A stretch of 64,000 bases of DNA from Acutalibacteraceae bacterium (GTDB lineage Bacteria > Bacillota > Clostridia > Oscillospirales > Acutalibacteraceae): NCBI GenBank assembly GCA_036310925.1, contig JAXJQX010000017.1:216-64215 (forward strand), in the 5' to 3' direction. Within the stretch, counting starts at the first letter, position 1; every line of letters starts with the position of its first letter. Shown piece by piece: positions 45,754 to 55,669 of the stretch. The notes below the pieces were generated by a model, which did no database searches, was not told the origin of the DNA, and saw only the letters and a program-made list of their open reading frames with translations. The position numbers and the translations under genes were made by a program.

Positions 45754-46885
45754 AGAGAAATTCATTAAGTACTGCTCGGCGCTCGAATTTGCGGCAGGGA
45801 ATCCGCTTTACCATTGGTCGCATATGGAGCTGTCGCAGTTTTTCGGTATAGATATGCCTATTAATTCCCGTAATGCCGAGGAAATATGGGATAAAGCCAA
45901 TGCCTTTATTAGGGAAACCGAAATGTCGCCGAGAAAGCTTATAGAACAGTCGAATGTAGAGGTTATCTGCACTACCGATGATATTGTGGACGACCTTTTG
46001 TGGCATAAAAAAATTGCAGAGGAAAAAAGCTTTAAGACCAAGGTTATTCCCTCATTCAGAACAGATAATCTCCTGCTTGTAAGACGGGCGGGATATTCGG
46101 ATTACATAAATAAGCTAAGCGAGGTAAGCGGAGTTAAAATAGATAACCTCGATACCCTTAAAAAGGCGGTTTCAGCAAGGCTTGATTTCTTCTGCAAAAT
46201 GGGTTGCCGCTGTGCGGATATAGGTATGCCTTATTTCCCCGACAGAATTGCGGACGAAACGGAAGCGGATAACACCTTTAAGGCAATATTTACAGGCAAG
46301 GAAATTACCGATAAGGAATATATGGGCTTTATCGGCAATATGTACCTCTTTATAAATTTCCTTTATAAGGAAAAGAACTTAATTTCGCAGTGGCATTTGG
46401 CGGTTGTAAGAAATTCCAATTCCGTTTTGGCGGAGAAATTGGGTGCGGTCTGCGGAGTTGATTGCGTGGGAAACTCCGTAAACGGCAACGACCTTATTAT
46501 GATGCTCGATGCGATAAATAAAGCGTCCGGACTTCCGAAAACCGTGATTTATTCGCTTAATGAGGCAAATATAGCGCAGATAGCGTCTATCGCGGGAGCG
46601 TTTCCGAATGTTAAATGCGGAGCGGCGTGGTGGTTCTGCGACCACAAGCGCGGCATAGAGGACGAAATCAAGGTGATCGCCGAAAACGGTTCTTTGGGTG
46701 AGTTTTACGGTATGCTTACCGATTCGAGGAGCTTTCTCTCCTACGCTCGTCATGATTATTTCAGAAGAATACTGTGCAATCTTATCGGCGACTGGGTTGA
46801 GAACGGCGAATATGATGAAAGCAACACCGAAAGGCTGGTGGCAAAAATCTGCTATTATAATATAAAGGAAGCGATTGGTGACTGA
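45752..46885 (+). pseudogene. uxaC: 5'-truncated glucuronate isomerase
   Basis: Homology starts at ..EKFIKYCSALEFAAGNPLYHWSHMEL, about residue 95 of E. coli UxaC from memory, and runs to the normal C-terminus (GMLTDSRSFLSYARHDYFRRILC). The N-terminal DYHCHL metal-ligand region is absent. Confidence 0.8.
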
Positions 46886-46886
46886 T

Positions 46887-47942
46887 ATGAAAATGTCTTT
46901 CAGATGGTACGGCGAGAGCGACCCGATTTCGCTTGAATACATAAGACAGATACCGAATATGCGCTCGGTGGTGACGGCGGTTTACGATGTAAAGCCGGGG
47001 GAGGTTTGGCCCGAGGAAAGCCTTAAAAAGCTAAAAGAGCAGGCGGAGGAAAACGGCTTAATTTTCGATATTGTTGAGTCTGTCCCCGTGCCCGAGGAAA
47101 TAAAGCTCGGAACAGAGAAAGCGGAGGAATACACAGAGGTTTACTGCGAAAATATCCGCCGCTGTGCTAAGTACGGCGTAAAGTGCATTACATATAACTT
47201 TATGCCCGTCTTTGACTGGACGAGGACACAGCTTGATAAAAAAGGTGCGGACGGCTCGACAAGCCTTGTTATGTATATGGATCAGCTAAAGGGCTTGGAT
47301 CCCTTAAAGGACGATATACATCTGCCGGGCTGGGATTCGAGCTATACCCAAGCGGAGGTAAGAGATTTAATCGGCGCTTATGGGGAGCTCGGCGAAGAGG
47401 GACTGTGGAAAAATCTTGAAAAGTTTTTAAATAAGATTATTCCTGTTGCCGAGGAGTGCGGAGTTAAGATGGCGATACACCCCGACGACCCGCCGTACTC
47501 AATTTTCGGTATTCCGAGGATTGTAACAAACGAAAAGAATCTTGACAGACTGCTTAATATTGTTGACAGCCCCGCGAACAGCCTTTGCCTCTGTACGGGA
47601 AGTCTCGGGAGCGCGGCGTTTAACGACATTCCGAAAATGGTGCGTAAATACAGCGGGATGGACAGAATAGCCTTTATGCATATCCGTCAGGTAAAGCTTT
47701 TGGAGGACGGCAGCTTTGAGGAATGCGGACATCTGTCTTCGGGCGGCAGTCTTGATATGTATGAGATAGTAAAGGCTCTTGTTGATACAGGCTTTGACGG
47801 TTATGTCCGTCCCGACCACGGCAGAATGATTTGGGGAGAAAGCGGCAAACCGGGTTACGGTCTTTACGACAGAGCATTAGGCGCTGCATATATTAACGGA
47901 CTTTTTGAAGCCTGCGAAAAGGCGGAAAGGGATGATAAGTAA
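46887..47942 (+). CDS. uxuA: Mannonate dehydratase
   Basis: MKMSFRWYGESDPISL.YIRQIP, ITYNFMPVFDWTRT, HPDDPP. Confidence 0.92.
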   Translation: MKMSFRWYGESDPISLEYIRQIPNMRSVVTAVYDVKPGEVWPEESLKKLKEQAEENGLIFDIVESVPVPEEIKLGTEKAEEYTEVYCENIRRCAKYGVKCITYNFMPVFDWTRTQLDKKGADGSTSLVMYMDQLKGLDPLKDDIHLPGWDSSYTQAEVRDLIGAYGELGEEGLWKNLEKFLNKIIPVAEECGVKMAIHPDDPPYSIFGIPRIVTNEKNLDRLLNIVDSPANSLCLCTGSLGSAAFNDIPKMVRKYSGMDRIAFMHIRQVKLLEDGSFEECGHLSSGGSLDMYEIVKALVDTGFDGYVRPDHGRMIWGESGKPGYGLYDRALGAAYINGLFEACEKAERDDK

Positions 47943-48793
47943 TGCAAAAAAATGTCTTGAACACCGATTTAATGGGAAAGGTCGCGGTGGTAACGGGGGC
48001 TGGCGGAGTGCTTTGCTCGGCGTTTTCCAAAACCCTTGCACGTGCGGGAGCAAAGGTAGCCCTGCTTGACCTTAACTATGACGCGGCAAAGCAGTTTGCC
48101 GACGAAATTACCACCGAGGGCGGAATTGCAAAGGCATATAAGTGCAATGTGCTTGACAAAGCCGCTTGCTACGAGGTTGCGGACAAGGTCGAAAAGGATT
48201 TCGGCAAGTGCGATATTTTAGTAAACGGCGCGGGCGGAAACAACCCGAAAGCCACAACTGATAAGGAATATTTTGAATTAGGCGACATTGATGCCGACAC
48301 CAAAAGCTTTTTCGACCTTGAAAGCGACGGCGTGGGCTTTGTATTTAATCTTAATTTCTTAGGTACGCTTATTCCTACTCAGGCGTTTGCGCGCCAGATG
48401 GTCGGCAGAGAGGGCTGTAACATACTTAATATTTCGAGTATGAACGCATACACACCCCTTACCAAAATTCCCGCCTACTCGGGCGCAAAGGCGGCGATTT
48501 CAAACTTTACACAGTGGCTGGCTGTCCATTTCTCAAAGGTGGGTATCCGCGTAAACGCGATAGCACCGGGCTTTTTCTCAACCAAGCAGAATGCAAAACT
48601 GTTATTTAATGAAGACGGCACGCCCACAGCAAGAACAGGAAAAATCTTAGCCGCCACGCCTATGGGCAGATTCGGAGAGGCAAACGAGCTTGAGGGCGGA
48701 CTGCTGTTTCTCCTTAACAACGAGGCGGCGGGCTTTATAACAGGCGTTGTATTGCCGATAGACGGCGGATTTTCAGCATATTCGGGGGTATAA
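47942..48793 (+). CDS. SDR-family oxidoreductase (mannonate/fructuronate-reductase-type context)
   Basis: TGAGGVLC Rossmann motif, NGAGG, catalytic YSGAKAA, PG.F. Confidence 0.85.
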   Translation: MQKNVLNTDLMGKVAVVTGAGGVLCSAFSKTLARAGAKVALLDLNYDAAKQFADEITTEGGIAKAYKCNVLDKAACYEVADKVEKDFGKCDILVNGAGGNNPKATTDKEYFELGDIDADTKSFFDLESDGVGFVFNLNFLGTLIPTQAFARQMVGREGCNILNISSMNAYTPLTKIPAYSGAKAAISNFTQWLAVHFSKVGIRVNAIAPGFFSTKQNAKLLFNEDGTPTARTGKILAATPMGRFGEANELEGGLLFLLNNEAAGFITGVVLPIDGGFSAYSGV

Positions 48794-48796
48794 GAA

Positions 48797-49639
48797 ATGA
48801 ATGAAATTAAAATATATGCATTTGCGGACGAAGCAAGCCCCAATATCGATGAACAAATAACTGCGCTTAAAAGAAACGGACTTGACGGACTTGAAATTCG
48901 TAATGTTGACGGAGTGAATGTTTCAGACATTACACTAGAAAAAGCAAAAGAAGTAAAAACAAAGCTTGATGCAAACGGTCTTATAACTTGGTCAATAGGT
49001 TCTCCTATCGGAAAAATTGATATCGAAAAGGACGATTTCAAAGCGCATTTGGAAAAGTTAAAGCATACCTTGGAAATTGCCGATATTCTTGAAAGTAAGA
49101 ATATCAGAATGTTCTCATTCTATATGCCCGAGGGAAAAGATGTTTTGGACTACAAAAATGAGGTAATCGACCGTTTGGGTCAAATGTGTGAAATTGCAAA
49201 AACACACAATGTTTTCCTTTGCCACGAAAACGAAAAGGGGATATACGGTGATATTCCCGAAAGATGTCTTGAAATTCACAGGGCTCTGCCGGAGCTTAAA
49301 GGAATATTCGACCCCGCAAACTATGTTCAGAGCGGAGCTGATACCTTAAAGGCGTGGGAGTTACTAAAAGACTATATTTACTATATGCATATCAAAGACT
49401 CTAAAACGAACGGCACTGTTGTTCCTGCAGGTATGGGTGATGGTAATGTTGAGAAGGTTGTAAAGAATTTCATAGAAAAAGGCGGAAATTCTTTTACAAT
49501 TGAACCTCATTTGACAGTATTTGAAGGATTTTTTCATCTCGAACGCAGGGGAGAAACAAGTGTCATTACAGAATATGGATATCCGGATAGCAACACCGCT
49601 TTTGACGCGGCGTGCAATGCCTTTAAGGGGCTTTTATAA
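48797..49639 (+). CDS. Xylose-isomerase-like TIM-barrel protein (sugar phosphate isomerase/epimerase family)
   Basis: GLDGLEIR, ..HENE.., H.KD pattern typical of the AP_endonuc_2 fold. Confidence 0.75.
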   Translation: MNEIKIYAFADEASPNIDEQITALKRNGLDGLEIRNVDGVNVSDITLEKAKEVKTKLDANGLITWSIGSPIGKIDIEKDDFKAHLEKLKHTLEIADILESKNIRMFSFYMPEGKDVLDYKNEVIDRLGQMCEIAKTHNVFLCHENEKGIYGDIPERCLEIHRALPELKGIFDPANYVQSGADTLKAWELLKDYIYYMHIKDSKTNGTVVPAGMGDGNVEKVVKNFIEKGGNSFTIEPHLTVFEGFFHLERRGETSVITEYGYPDSNTAFDAACNAFKGLL

Positions 49640-49659
49640 CAGAAAGGAAGTACTTTAAT

Positions 49660-50409
49660 ATGGAAATAGGAGCTCAATTTTATACGTTGCGTGATTTCTG
49701 CAAAGACTTAGACTCCTTCGCGGAAACACTCAAAAAGGTGGCGGATATAGGCTATAGGACCGTACAGATTTCGGGAACATGCGGTTACGAACCTGAATGG
49801 CTAAAAAGCGAGCTTAAAAAGAACGGTCTTAAATGCATTCTTACGCATACGCCTGCGGATAAGCTGCAAAACGACCCCGCAAAGGTCGCGGCAGAGCATG
49901 ATGTGTTCGACTGTAAATACGTAGGGCTTGGCTGGTTCGGCTTTAATGAAGAAAAGGACGGTCAGCACTATGATGATTTTATCCGCATCTATAAGCCTGT
50001 GGCAAAGGCGCTTAAACAAAACGGAAAATACTTTATGTATCACAATCACGATCAGGAATTTAAAATGCATAACGGTAAGCTTATTCTTGAAAGACTTGCT
50101 GAGGATATGATCCCGGACGAAATGGGCTTTACGCTTGACACCTTCTGGGTTCAGGCGGGCGGCGGCGACCCCGCGCAGTGGATAGAAAGGCTTTCGGGCA
50201 GAGTACCGTGTATTCACCTGAAGGATTACGCATACGGCAGAAAAATGGCGGTAATAGGCGAGGGCAACATCAATTTCGACCGCGTTTTTGAAAAGGCGGA
50301 GTCTGCGGGAACAAAGTATATGCTTGTCGAGCAGGACGACTGCAACGGAGAAAATCCCTTTGACTGCTTAAAAAGAAGTTTTGAATATTTGAAATCGAGA
50401 GGGTTTTAA
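49660..50409 (+). CDS. Xylose-isomerase-like TIM-barrel protein (second copy, diverged)
   Basis: GYRTVQISG, YHNHDQEF, D.FW, IHLKD, VEQD motifs. Confidence 0.75.
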   Translation: MEIGAQFYTLRDFCKDLDSFAETLKKVADIGYRTVQISGTCGYEPEWLKSELKKNGLKCILTHTPADKLQNDPAKVAAEHDVFDCKYVGLGWFGFNEEKDGQHYDDFIRIYKPVAKALKQNGKYFMYHNHDQEFKMHNGKLILERLAEDMIPDEMGFTLDTFWVQAGGGDPAQWIERLSGRVPCIHLKDYAYGRKMAVIGEGNINFDRVFEKAESAGTKYMLVEQDDCNGENPFDCLKRSFEYLKSRGF

Positions 50410-50411
50410 TC

Positions 50412-51293
50412 ATGAAAAAAATTATATTGGGTACCGATTGGTGGACTGATTGCGATGACGCAGTAGCAATAAGAATACTTGCACGGACACATAAATCGGG
50501 AAAAATAAAAATTGCGGGAATCGGAATAAATGCTTGTATGGAACATTCCGTAACATCTCTTGAAGGCTTTTTAAATACAGAGGGTATACATGTGCCTATC
50601 GGAATAGATCTTGCCGCGACTGATTTCGGCGGCAATCCACCGTATCAAAAAAATCTTTCCAAATATTCTTCCGTGTATTCCTGCAATCAAGATGCGGAAG
50701 ACGCTGTAAGACTTTACAGACGCATTTTAGCCGATAGTGATGAATCTATCGAAATCATAGAAATAGGATATTTACAGGTTATTGCTAATGTTATTGAAAG
50801 TCAGCCGGATGATATTTCGCAAAAGAGCGGTTATGAGCTTGTTAAAGAGAAAGTTTCAAAAATTTGGGTTATGGCAGGAAAATGGGACGAAGATTTCGGC
50901 AAAGAAAACAATTTCACTAGGAATTCACGTTCAAGAACGGCGGGAAATATTTTTTGCAGTAAATGCCCGGTGTCTGTAACTTTTCTTGGTTGGGAAACAG
51001 GATATGATGTTATAACGGGAGATAATCTTAATAAAAACGATGTTCTTTATAAAGTTTTATGCGATCACGGCTCATCTGCCGGGAGGTCGTCTTGGGATCC
51101 AATGCTTGTTTTGATAGCACTTATCGGGGACGAGACGGCGGCGGGGTATGATTGTGTTTGCGGAACAGCTTCGGTTGACTGTGATACGGGTGCAAACCAT
51201 TTTTTGCCTGATAAAAACGGACCACATAAATATGTGATAAAAAGTAAAGAAAACGAATACTATAAAAAGCTTATAAATCAAATGATTATATAG
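50412..51293 (+). CDS. Nucleoside-hydrolase-like (IUNH-fold) protein, non-canonical
   Basis: N-terminus ILGTDWWTDCDDAVA (DxDxxxDD-like). Paralog of the truncated gene at 604-1566. Confidence 0.75.
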   Translation: MKKIILGTDWWTDCDDAVAIRILARTHKSGKIKIAGIGINACMEHSVTSLEGFLNTEGIHVPIGIDLAATDFGGNPPYQKNLSKYSSVYSCNQDAEDAVRLYRRILADSDESIEIIEIGYLQVIANVIESQPDDISQKSGYELVKEKVSKIWVMAGKWDEDFGKENNFTRNSRSRTAGNIFCSKCPVSVTFLGWETGYDVITGDNLNKNDVLYKVLCDHGSSAGRSSWDPMLVLIALIGDETAAGYDCVCGTASVDCDTGANHFLPDKNGPHKYVIKSKENEYYKKLINQMII

Positions 51294-51310
51294 TTAAGGA
51301 GGAATACAAA

Positions 51311-51865
51311 TTGGAAAAATATATACCTGTAGTAGTGATTAAAGAATTATCCGAAACCGATAAGATATTATCGGCTTTAAAGTCTAACGGCATAAACTGT
51401 GCCGAAATTACCTTTAGAACCGCCTGTGCAAAAGAGGCAATAGAGTATGCAATTAAAAATTACCCCGAAATGTCGATAGGAGCAGGAACGGTTATTAACG
51501 CCGAGCAGTGCAAACAAGCACTTGATTTGGGCTGCGAGTTTATTGTATCCCCGGGACTGTCGGCAGAGGTTGCAAAGCTTTGCAAGGAAAGAAATGTACC
51601 TTATTACCCTGGCTGTGTTACACCTACCGAGATTATGCAGGCACTTGATTTAGGCATTACAACCGTTAAATTCTTCCCCGCAAATGTTTACGGCGGTTTA
51701 AAGGCATTAAAGGCGCTTTCTGCTCCATTCCCACAGGTTAAGTTTATCCCTACAGGCGGGGTTGACCGCAGCAATATTGATGAATTTTTGGCATTTGATA
51801 AAATCGCGGCAATCGGCGGCAGCTTCTTTGTAAAGGAAGCGCTTGAAAAGATGGAGGAAAATTAA
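51311..51865 (+). CDS. eda: 2-dehydro-3-deoxyphosphogluconate (KDPG) / 4-hydroxy-2-oxoglutarate aldolase
   Basis: PVV......D......AL...GI...EITFRT, GAGTV, F.VSPG, G..T..E, VKFFPA (Schiff-base Lys), PTGGV. TTG start. Confidence 0.85.
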   Translation: MEKYIPVVVIKELSETDKILSALKSNGINCAEITFRTACAKEAIEYAIKNYPEMSIGAGTVINAEQCKQALDLGCEFIVSPGLSAEVAKLCKERNVPYYPGCVTPTEIMQALDLGITTVKFFPANVYGGLKALKALSAPFPQVKFIPTGGVDRSNIDEFLAFDKIAAIGGSFFVKEALEKMEEN

Positions 51866-52888
51866 ATGGCTAAGGTAGTTACTTTCGGCGAGTTAATGTT
51901 AAGACTTGCCCCTAACGGATATTACAGATTTTGTCAGAATGACCAGATGCAGGCGACCTTCGGCGGCGGTGAAGCCAACGTTGCGGTTTCGCTTGCTAAT
52001 TACGGTCTTGACAGCGTTTATGTGACAAAGTTGCCTAAACACGCTATCGGTCAAGCGGCGGTGAACAGCCTTAGATATTTCGGGGTTGACACCAGCAAAA
52101 TTGTTCGCGGCGGCGAGAGAGTAGGTATTTACTACCTTGAAAAGGGTGCGTCACAAAGAGGTTCTGTATGCGTTTATGACCGTAAGTATTCGGCTATTCA
52201 GCAGGCACAACCCTCCGATTTTGACTGGGACAGCATTTTTGAGGGCGCGGACTGGTTCCACTTTACGGGAATTACTCCCGCTTTAGGCGAAAACCTTGTA
52301 GAGATATGCAAGCAGGCTTGTATAGCCGCAAAGAAAAAGGGCGTAAAAAATTCCTGCGACTTAAATTACAGAGGAAAGCTTTGGACAAGGGAAGAAGCAA
52401 GAAAGGCTATGACCGAGCTTTGCAAATATGTTGATGTCTGCATTTCTAATGAAGAGGACGCTAAGGACGTTTTCGGCATTGAGGCAGAAAACACTGATAT
52501 TTACGGCGGCAAGCTCGATAAAGAGGGGTACAAGTCGGTAGCAAAGCAGTTAGCCGATAAATTCGGCTTTGAAAAGGTAGCGATTACCCTTAGAAGTTCA
52601 ATTTCCGCGAGTGATAACGACTGGGCAGGTATGCTCTATGACGGCGAGGATTGTTATTTCTCAAAAGAATATCATCTGCATATCGTTGACCGTGTAGGCG
52701 GCGGAGATTCTTTCGGCGGCGGGCTGATTTATTCCTTGCTTACGGGTAAATCTTCTAAGGACGCTATTGAGTTCGCGGTCGCCGCAAGCGCCTTAAAACA
52801 CTCGGTCGAGGGCGACTATAACCGCGTGTCTGTCTCCGAGGTAGAAAAGCTTGCCGGCGGCGACGGCTCGGGCAGGGTACAGAGGTAG
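51866..52888 (+). CDS. kdgK: 2-dehydro-3-deoxygluconokinase
   Basis: VVTFGELMLRL.P, FGGGEANVA, PfkB C-terminal DRVGGGDSFGGGLIY. Confidence 0.9.
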   Translation: MAKVVTFGELMLRLAPNGYYRFCQNDQMQATFGGGEANVAVSLANYGLDSVYVTKLPKHAIGQAAVNSLRYFGVDTSKIVRGGERVGIYYLEKGASQRGSVCVYDRKYSAIQQAQPSDFDWDSIFEGADWFHFTGITPALGENLVEICKQACIAAKKKGVKNSCDLNYRGKLWTREEARKAMTELCKYVDVCISNEEDAKDVFGIEAENTDIYGGKLDKEGYKSVAKQLADKFGFEKVAITLRSSISASDNDWAGMLYDGEDCYFSKEYHLHIVDRVGGGDSFGGGLIYSLLTGKSSKDAIEFAVAASALKHSVEGDYNRVSVSEVEKLAGGDGSGRVQR

Positions 52889-53024
52889 ATATTAAGGTAT
52901 TATTTCTCTAAAATATGTTCGTTCGGGCTAACCGTGTGTCTGTTTGCTTATTTCACTGTATTACATCACAGACATAATAAATTTATGGATTTATTAATTA
53001 ATAAAATAAATGGAGTGTAATCTT

Positions 53025-53810
53025 ATGAACATTGAAGAATATATTCAAAACGAAAACGAAAAGCCGCTTGATAATATTGTGTCTGACGGCGGATTTACCG
53101 CAATTTTCCGCACAATCTCCTGTATAGGCGACAGCCTTTCCTCAGGCGAGTTCGAATCGTTAAAGGCGGACGGCAGTCACGGATTCCACGATATGTTTGA
53201 ATACTCCTGGGGACAGTTTTTGGGCCGTATGTGCGGAAGCCGCGTTTACAACTTTTCCCGCGGCGGTATGACCGCAAAGGAATACTGCGAGAACTTTGCC
53301 GATGCAAACGGCTTCTGGAACCCTAAATACGCCTCTCAATGCTATATAATCTTCCTGGGAGTGAACGATATTATCTGTCAAAGGCAAGAGGTGGGCTCAG
53401 TAAACGATGTCGATTTTTCGGATTATAAGAATAACACGAAAAATTTTGCGGGATATTACGCCCAAATAATACAGCGTTTAAATCAAATTCAGCCCCGCGC
53501 AAAATTTTTCCTTATGACTATGAACAGCAGCGGCGAAAACGATTTGCGCATTAAAGACAAACAGGAGCACGCGGCGCTCCTTTACGATTTTGCCGAAAAA
53601 TTTGATAACACCTATGTACTCGACATGCTTAAATACGCGCCGAAGCACGACGAAAAATACTGCGAAAAATTCGGTCTTCTCGGGCATGCAAACCCTATGG
53701 GCTATCTGCTTACGGCGAAGATGACGGCGTCCTACATAGATTATATAATCCGTCATAATATGGATGATTTTAAAGAGGTCGGCTTTATAGGTACAAGCCT
53801 TCACGGATAG
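53025..53810 (+). CDS. SGNH/GDSL-family hydrolase
   Basis: CIGDSLSSGE, RGGMTA, LGVNDI. Start moved to the ATG behind GGAG. Confidence 0.8.
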   Translation: MNIEEYIQNENEKPLDNIVSDGGFTAIFRTISCIGDSLSSGEFESLKADGSHGFHDMFEYSWGQFLGRMCGSRVYNFSRGGMTAKEYCENFADANGFWNPKYASQCYIIFLGVNDIICQRQEVGSVNDVDFSDYKNNTKNFAGYYAQIIQRLNQIQPRAKFFLMTMNSSGENDLRIKDKQEHAALLYDFAEKFDNTYVLDMLKYAPKHDEKYCEKFGLLGHANPMGYLLTAKMTASYIDYIIRHNMDDFKEVGFIGTSLHG

Positions 53811-53820
53811 AATATGCAAA

Positions 53821-53850
53821 CCGGCCTTTCCTTTAACGGAAAGGCGGTTT
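53821..53850 (+). terminator. Terminator after the SGNH gene
   Basis: CCGGCCTTTCC-TTTAAC-GGAAAGGCGG followed by TTT. Confidence 0.65.
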
Positions 53851-53922
53851 CAGACTATCGAATAGCCCTAAATTTCAAGCGAGATTTAGGGTAAGGATAT
53901 AGTTTAATTAAAGTGCTGTATG

Positions 53923-55106
53923 GGTGGGACCTTTTCCACCTATGCAGAATTTAGAGATACACAAGCCCCACAGAGCAAGAAGCTCCGTGGGGCTTGTGCA
54001 ATAGTGTGCTCGGCACGCATAATAACTTGGCGGTGAAAGTCCGCTACAGGCTTGGCAGTAGGAAATGTTAGCTGAAGACAAGGGCGTCCGTCGTGAGGCG
54101 GAGTCTGAAAGAAGTCGGAGGCAAAACCTCGGTCTGACTAACAGAAACTGCATATAAGGCATACTTGAAACGGACGAGTTTCCACAACAAAACGAAGTCC
54201 AATACTGCCCGAATTTCAAGGTGTAAATGCGGCAGATATATGAGGCTAAGGTGATTACGCTTACCCGAGGAGGTCTTGCAGGCGGAATAATTTCCGTAGT
54301 AACAACGAACTGCAAGAAGTCAGCAGAGGTCATAGTACCGAAAATAATTTTTTCGGGAAGGACCGAACAATCATAAGTTCCGAGTAAGAAACTAAAGGAG
54401 GTCGGTATGATGAAAACAGAATACGCCGGAAACGGCGGCTTCCTGCAAAGGGATAGTGTGGAACACGAAGAGTATGCAGAAGTGTACAGTACCGAAAGTC
54501 GAGAGGTTGACCGAAAGGACGGGGCAGACCTGCTTGAAAAGGTGCTGAGCAGAGATAATCTGAACAAAGCTTACAAGCGGGTAAAAGCCAATAAGGGAGC
54601 AAGCAGAGTTGACGGAATATCCGTCGATGAGGCACTGCCTTGGCTTAAAGAACACAGGAATGAATTACTCGAAAGTATAAGGAACGGCAAATACAAGCCG
54701 TCGCCTGTAAGGAGAGTAGAAATTCCAAAGGATAACGGGGGAGTGAGAAATCTCGGAATACCGACAGTTATAGACCGCATTATCCAACAAGCAATAGCAC
54801 AAGTGCTAATACCAATCTATGAGCCAAAGTTTTCTAACGGAAGCTACGGCTACAGACCGCACAGAAGTGCAAAGGACGCAATACTCAAGGTAAAGGAATA
54901 TGCGGACGAGGGGTACAAATATGCAGTATGCCTTGATTTATCCAAATATTTCGATACACTCAACCACGAACTGCTTATGAATATGCTCCGCGAGGACATC
55001 AAGGATAAGAGACTGATTGATTTAATCAAGAATTATCTTAGAAGCGGAGTAATGGAAAACGGCATAGTAATGAAAACGAAAGAGGGTTCGCCGCAGGGCG
55101 GATTAA
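53923..55106 (+). mobile_element. Group II intron, 5' part only (ribozyme domains I-III/IV plus N-terminal ~230 aa of the reverse transcriptase/maturase)
   Basis: Starts GTGCTG. ~480 nt of structured non-coding sequence (GGCGGTGAAAGTCCGCTACAGGC...). IEP ORF 54407-55111 carries RT blocks 0-4 (RVDGISVDE.., RRVEIPKDNGGVRNLGIPTVIDR, YGYRP.RS, DLSKYFDT, EGSPQGG) and breaks off before the YADD block. Confidence 0.85.
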
Positions 55107-55217
55107 GATAATATTAGTTTAAAGAAGGAAATTCATTATGAGAAGTAAAATCTCAGATAATCGGCAGAAATCGCAATAACTGAAACTCAACTTCTCATAA
55201 CAAACAACTTTCCATAA

Positions 55218-55600
55218 GACGAGATCGGTTATTTGCCTGTTGATGAAGCTGCTGTATTTGGTTTCTTTCAGCTTATTGCCACAAGATATGAATACAGACC
55301 TACCATCCTCACCACCAATCAGCCTTTTTCAAAATGGCCCGATGTTTTCGGCGACACTGTTATTGCCAACGCAATCATTGACAGACTTGTTCACCATTGC
55401 GACATCGTCAAAATTACCGGTCATTCTTACCGTATTAAGGGCAGAAATATCTTCGATGAGACCGATGATTAATTTCTTTCCGTATTTGTACATTTTAAAT
55501 GAGCGTTTTTTGTCATTTTCGCTTGACATTTACAGTCAGGATAAGTGGTGTGAGAGGTCGGCTGGTCAACTAATGGTCAGCCTCCTACTCGATTAATCAT
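55218..55600 (+). mobile_element. IS21-family remnant: C-terminal ~85 codons of the IstB helper ATPase plus the presumed right end
   Basis: DEIGYLPVDEAAVFGFFQLIATRYEYRPTILTTNQPFSKWPDVFGDTVIANAIIDRLVHHCDIVKITGHSYR is a typical IstB C-terminus. TGTCATTTT / TGACATTT repeats lie downstream. No istA present. Confidence 0.8.
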
Positions 55601-55669
55601 ACAATTTTTCAGAGCAAAAGAGGAAATGCTTATTTTGTGCAAATCAGCGTTAAAGCAACCTACGCCGCA

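Noticed and set aside
48475-49041. 188-aa minus-strand ORF spanning the SDR / TIM-barrel junction
   Set aside because: It crosses two confidently called plus-strand genes, has low-complexity Ser/Pro/Phe-rich sequence and has no RBS.
53866-53922. Class C group II intron targeting of a terminator hairpin
   Set aside because: A hairpin exists upstream, but it is ~30 nt from the intron 5' end and lacks a T-run. The intron class cannot be assigned by eye.
53908-54655. Minus-strand ORFs of 87-219 aa
   Set aside because: They lie antisense to the group II intron ribozyme and RT start. Their Ser/Cys/Leu-rich translations lack any motif.
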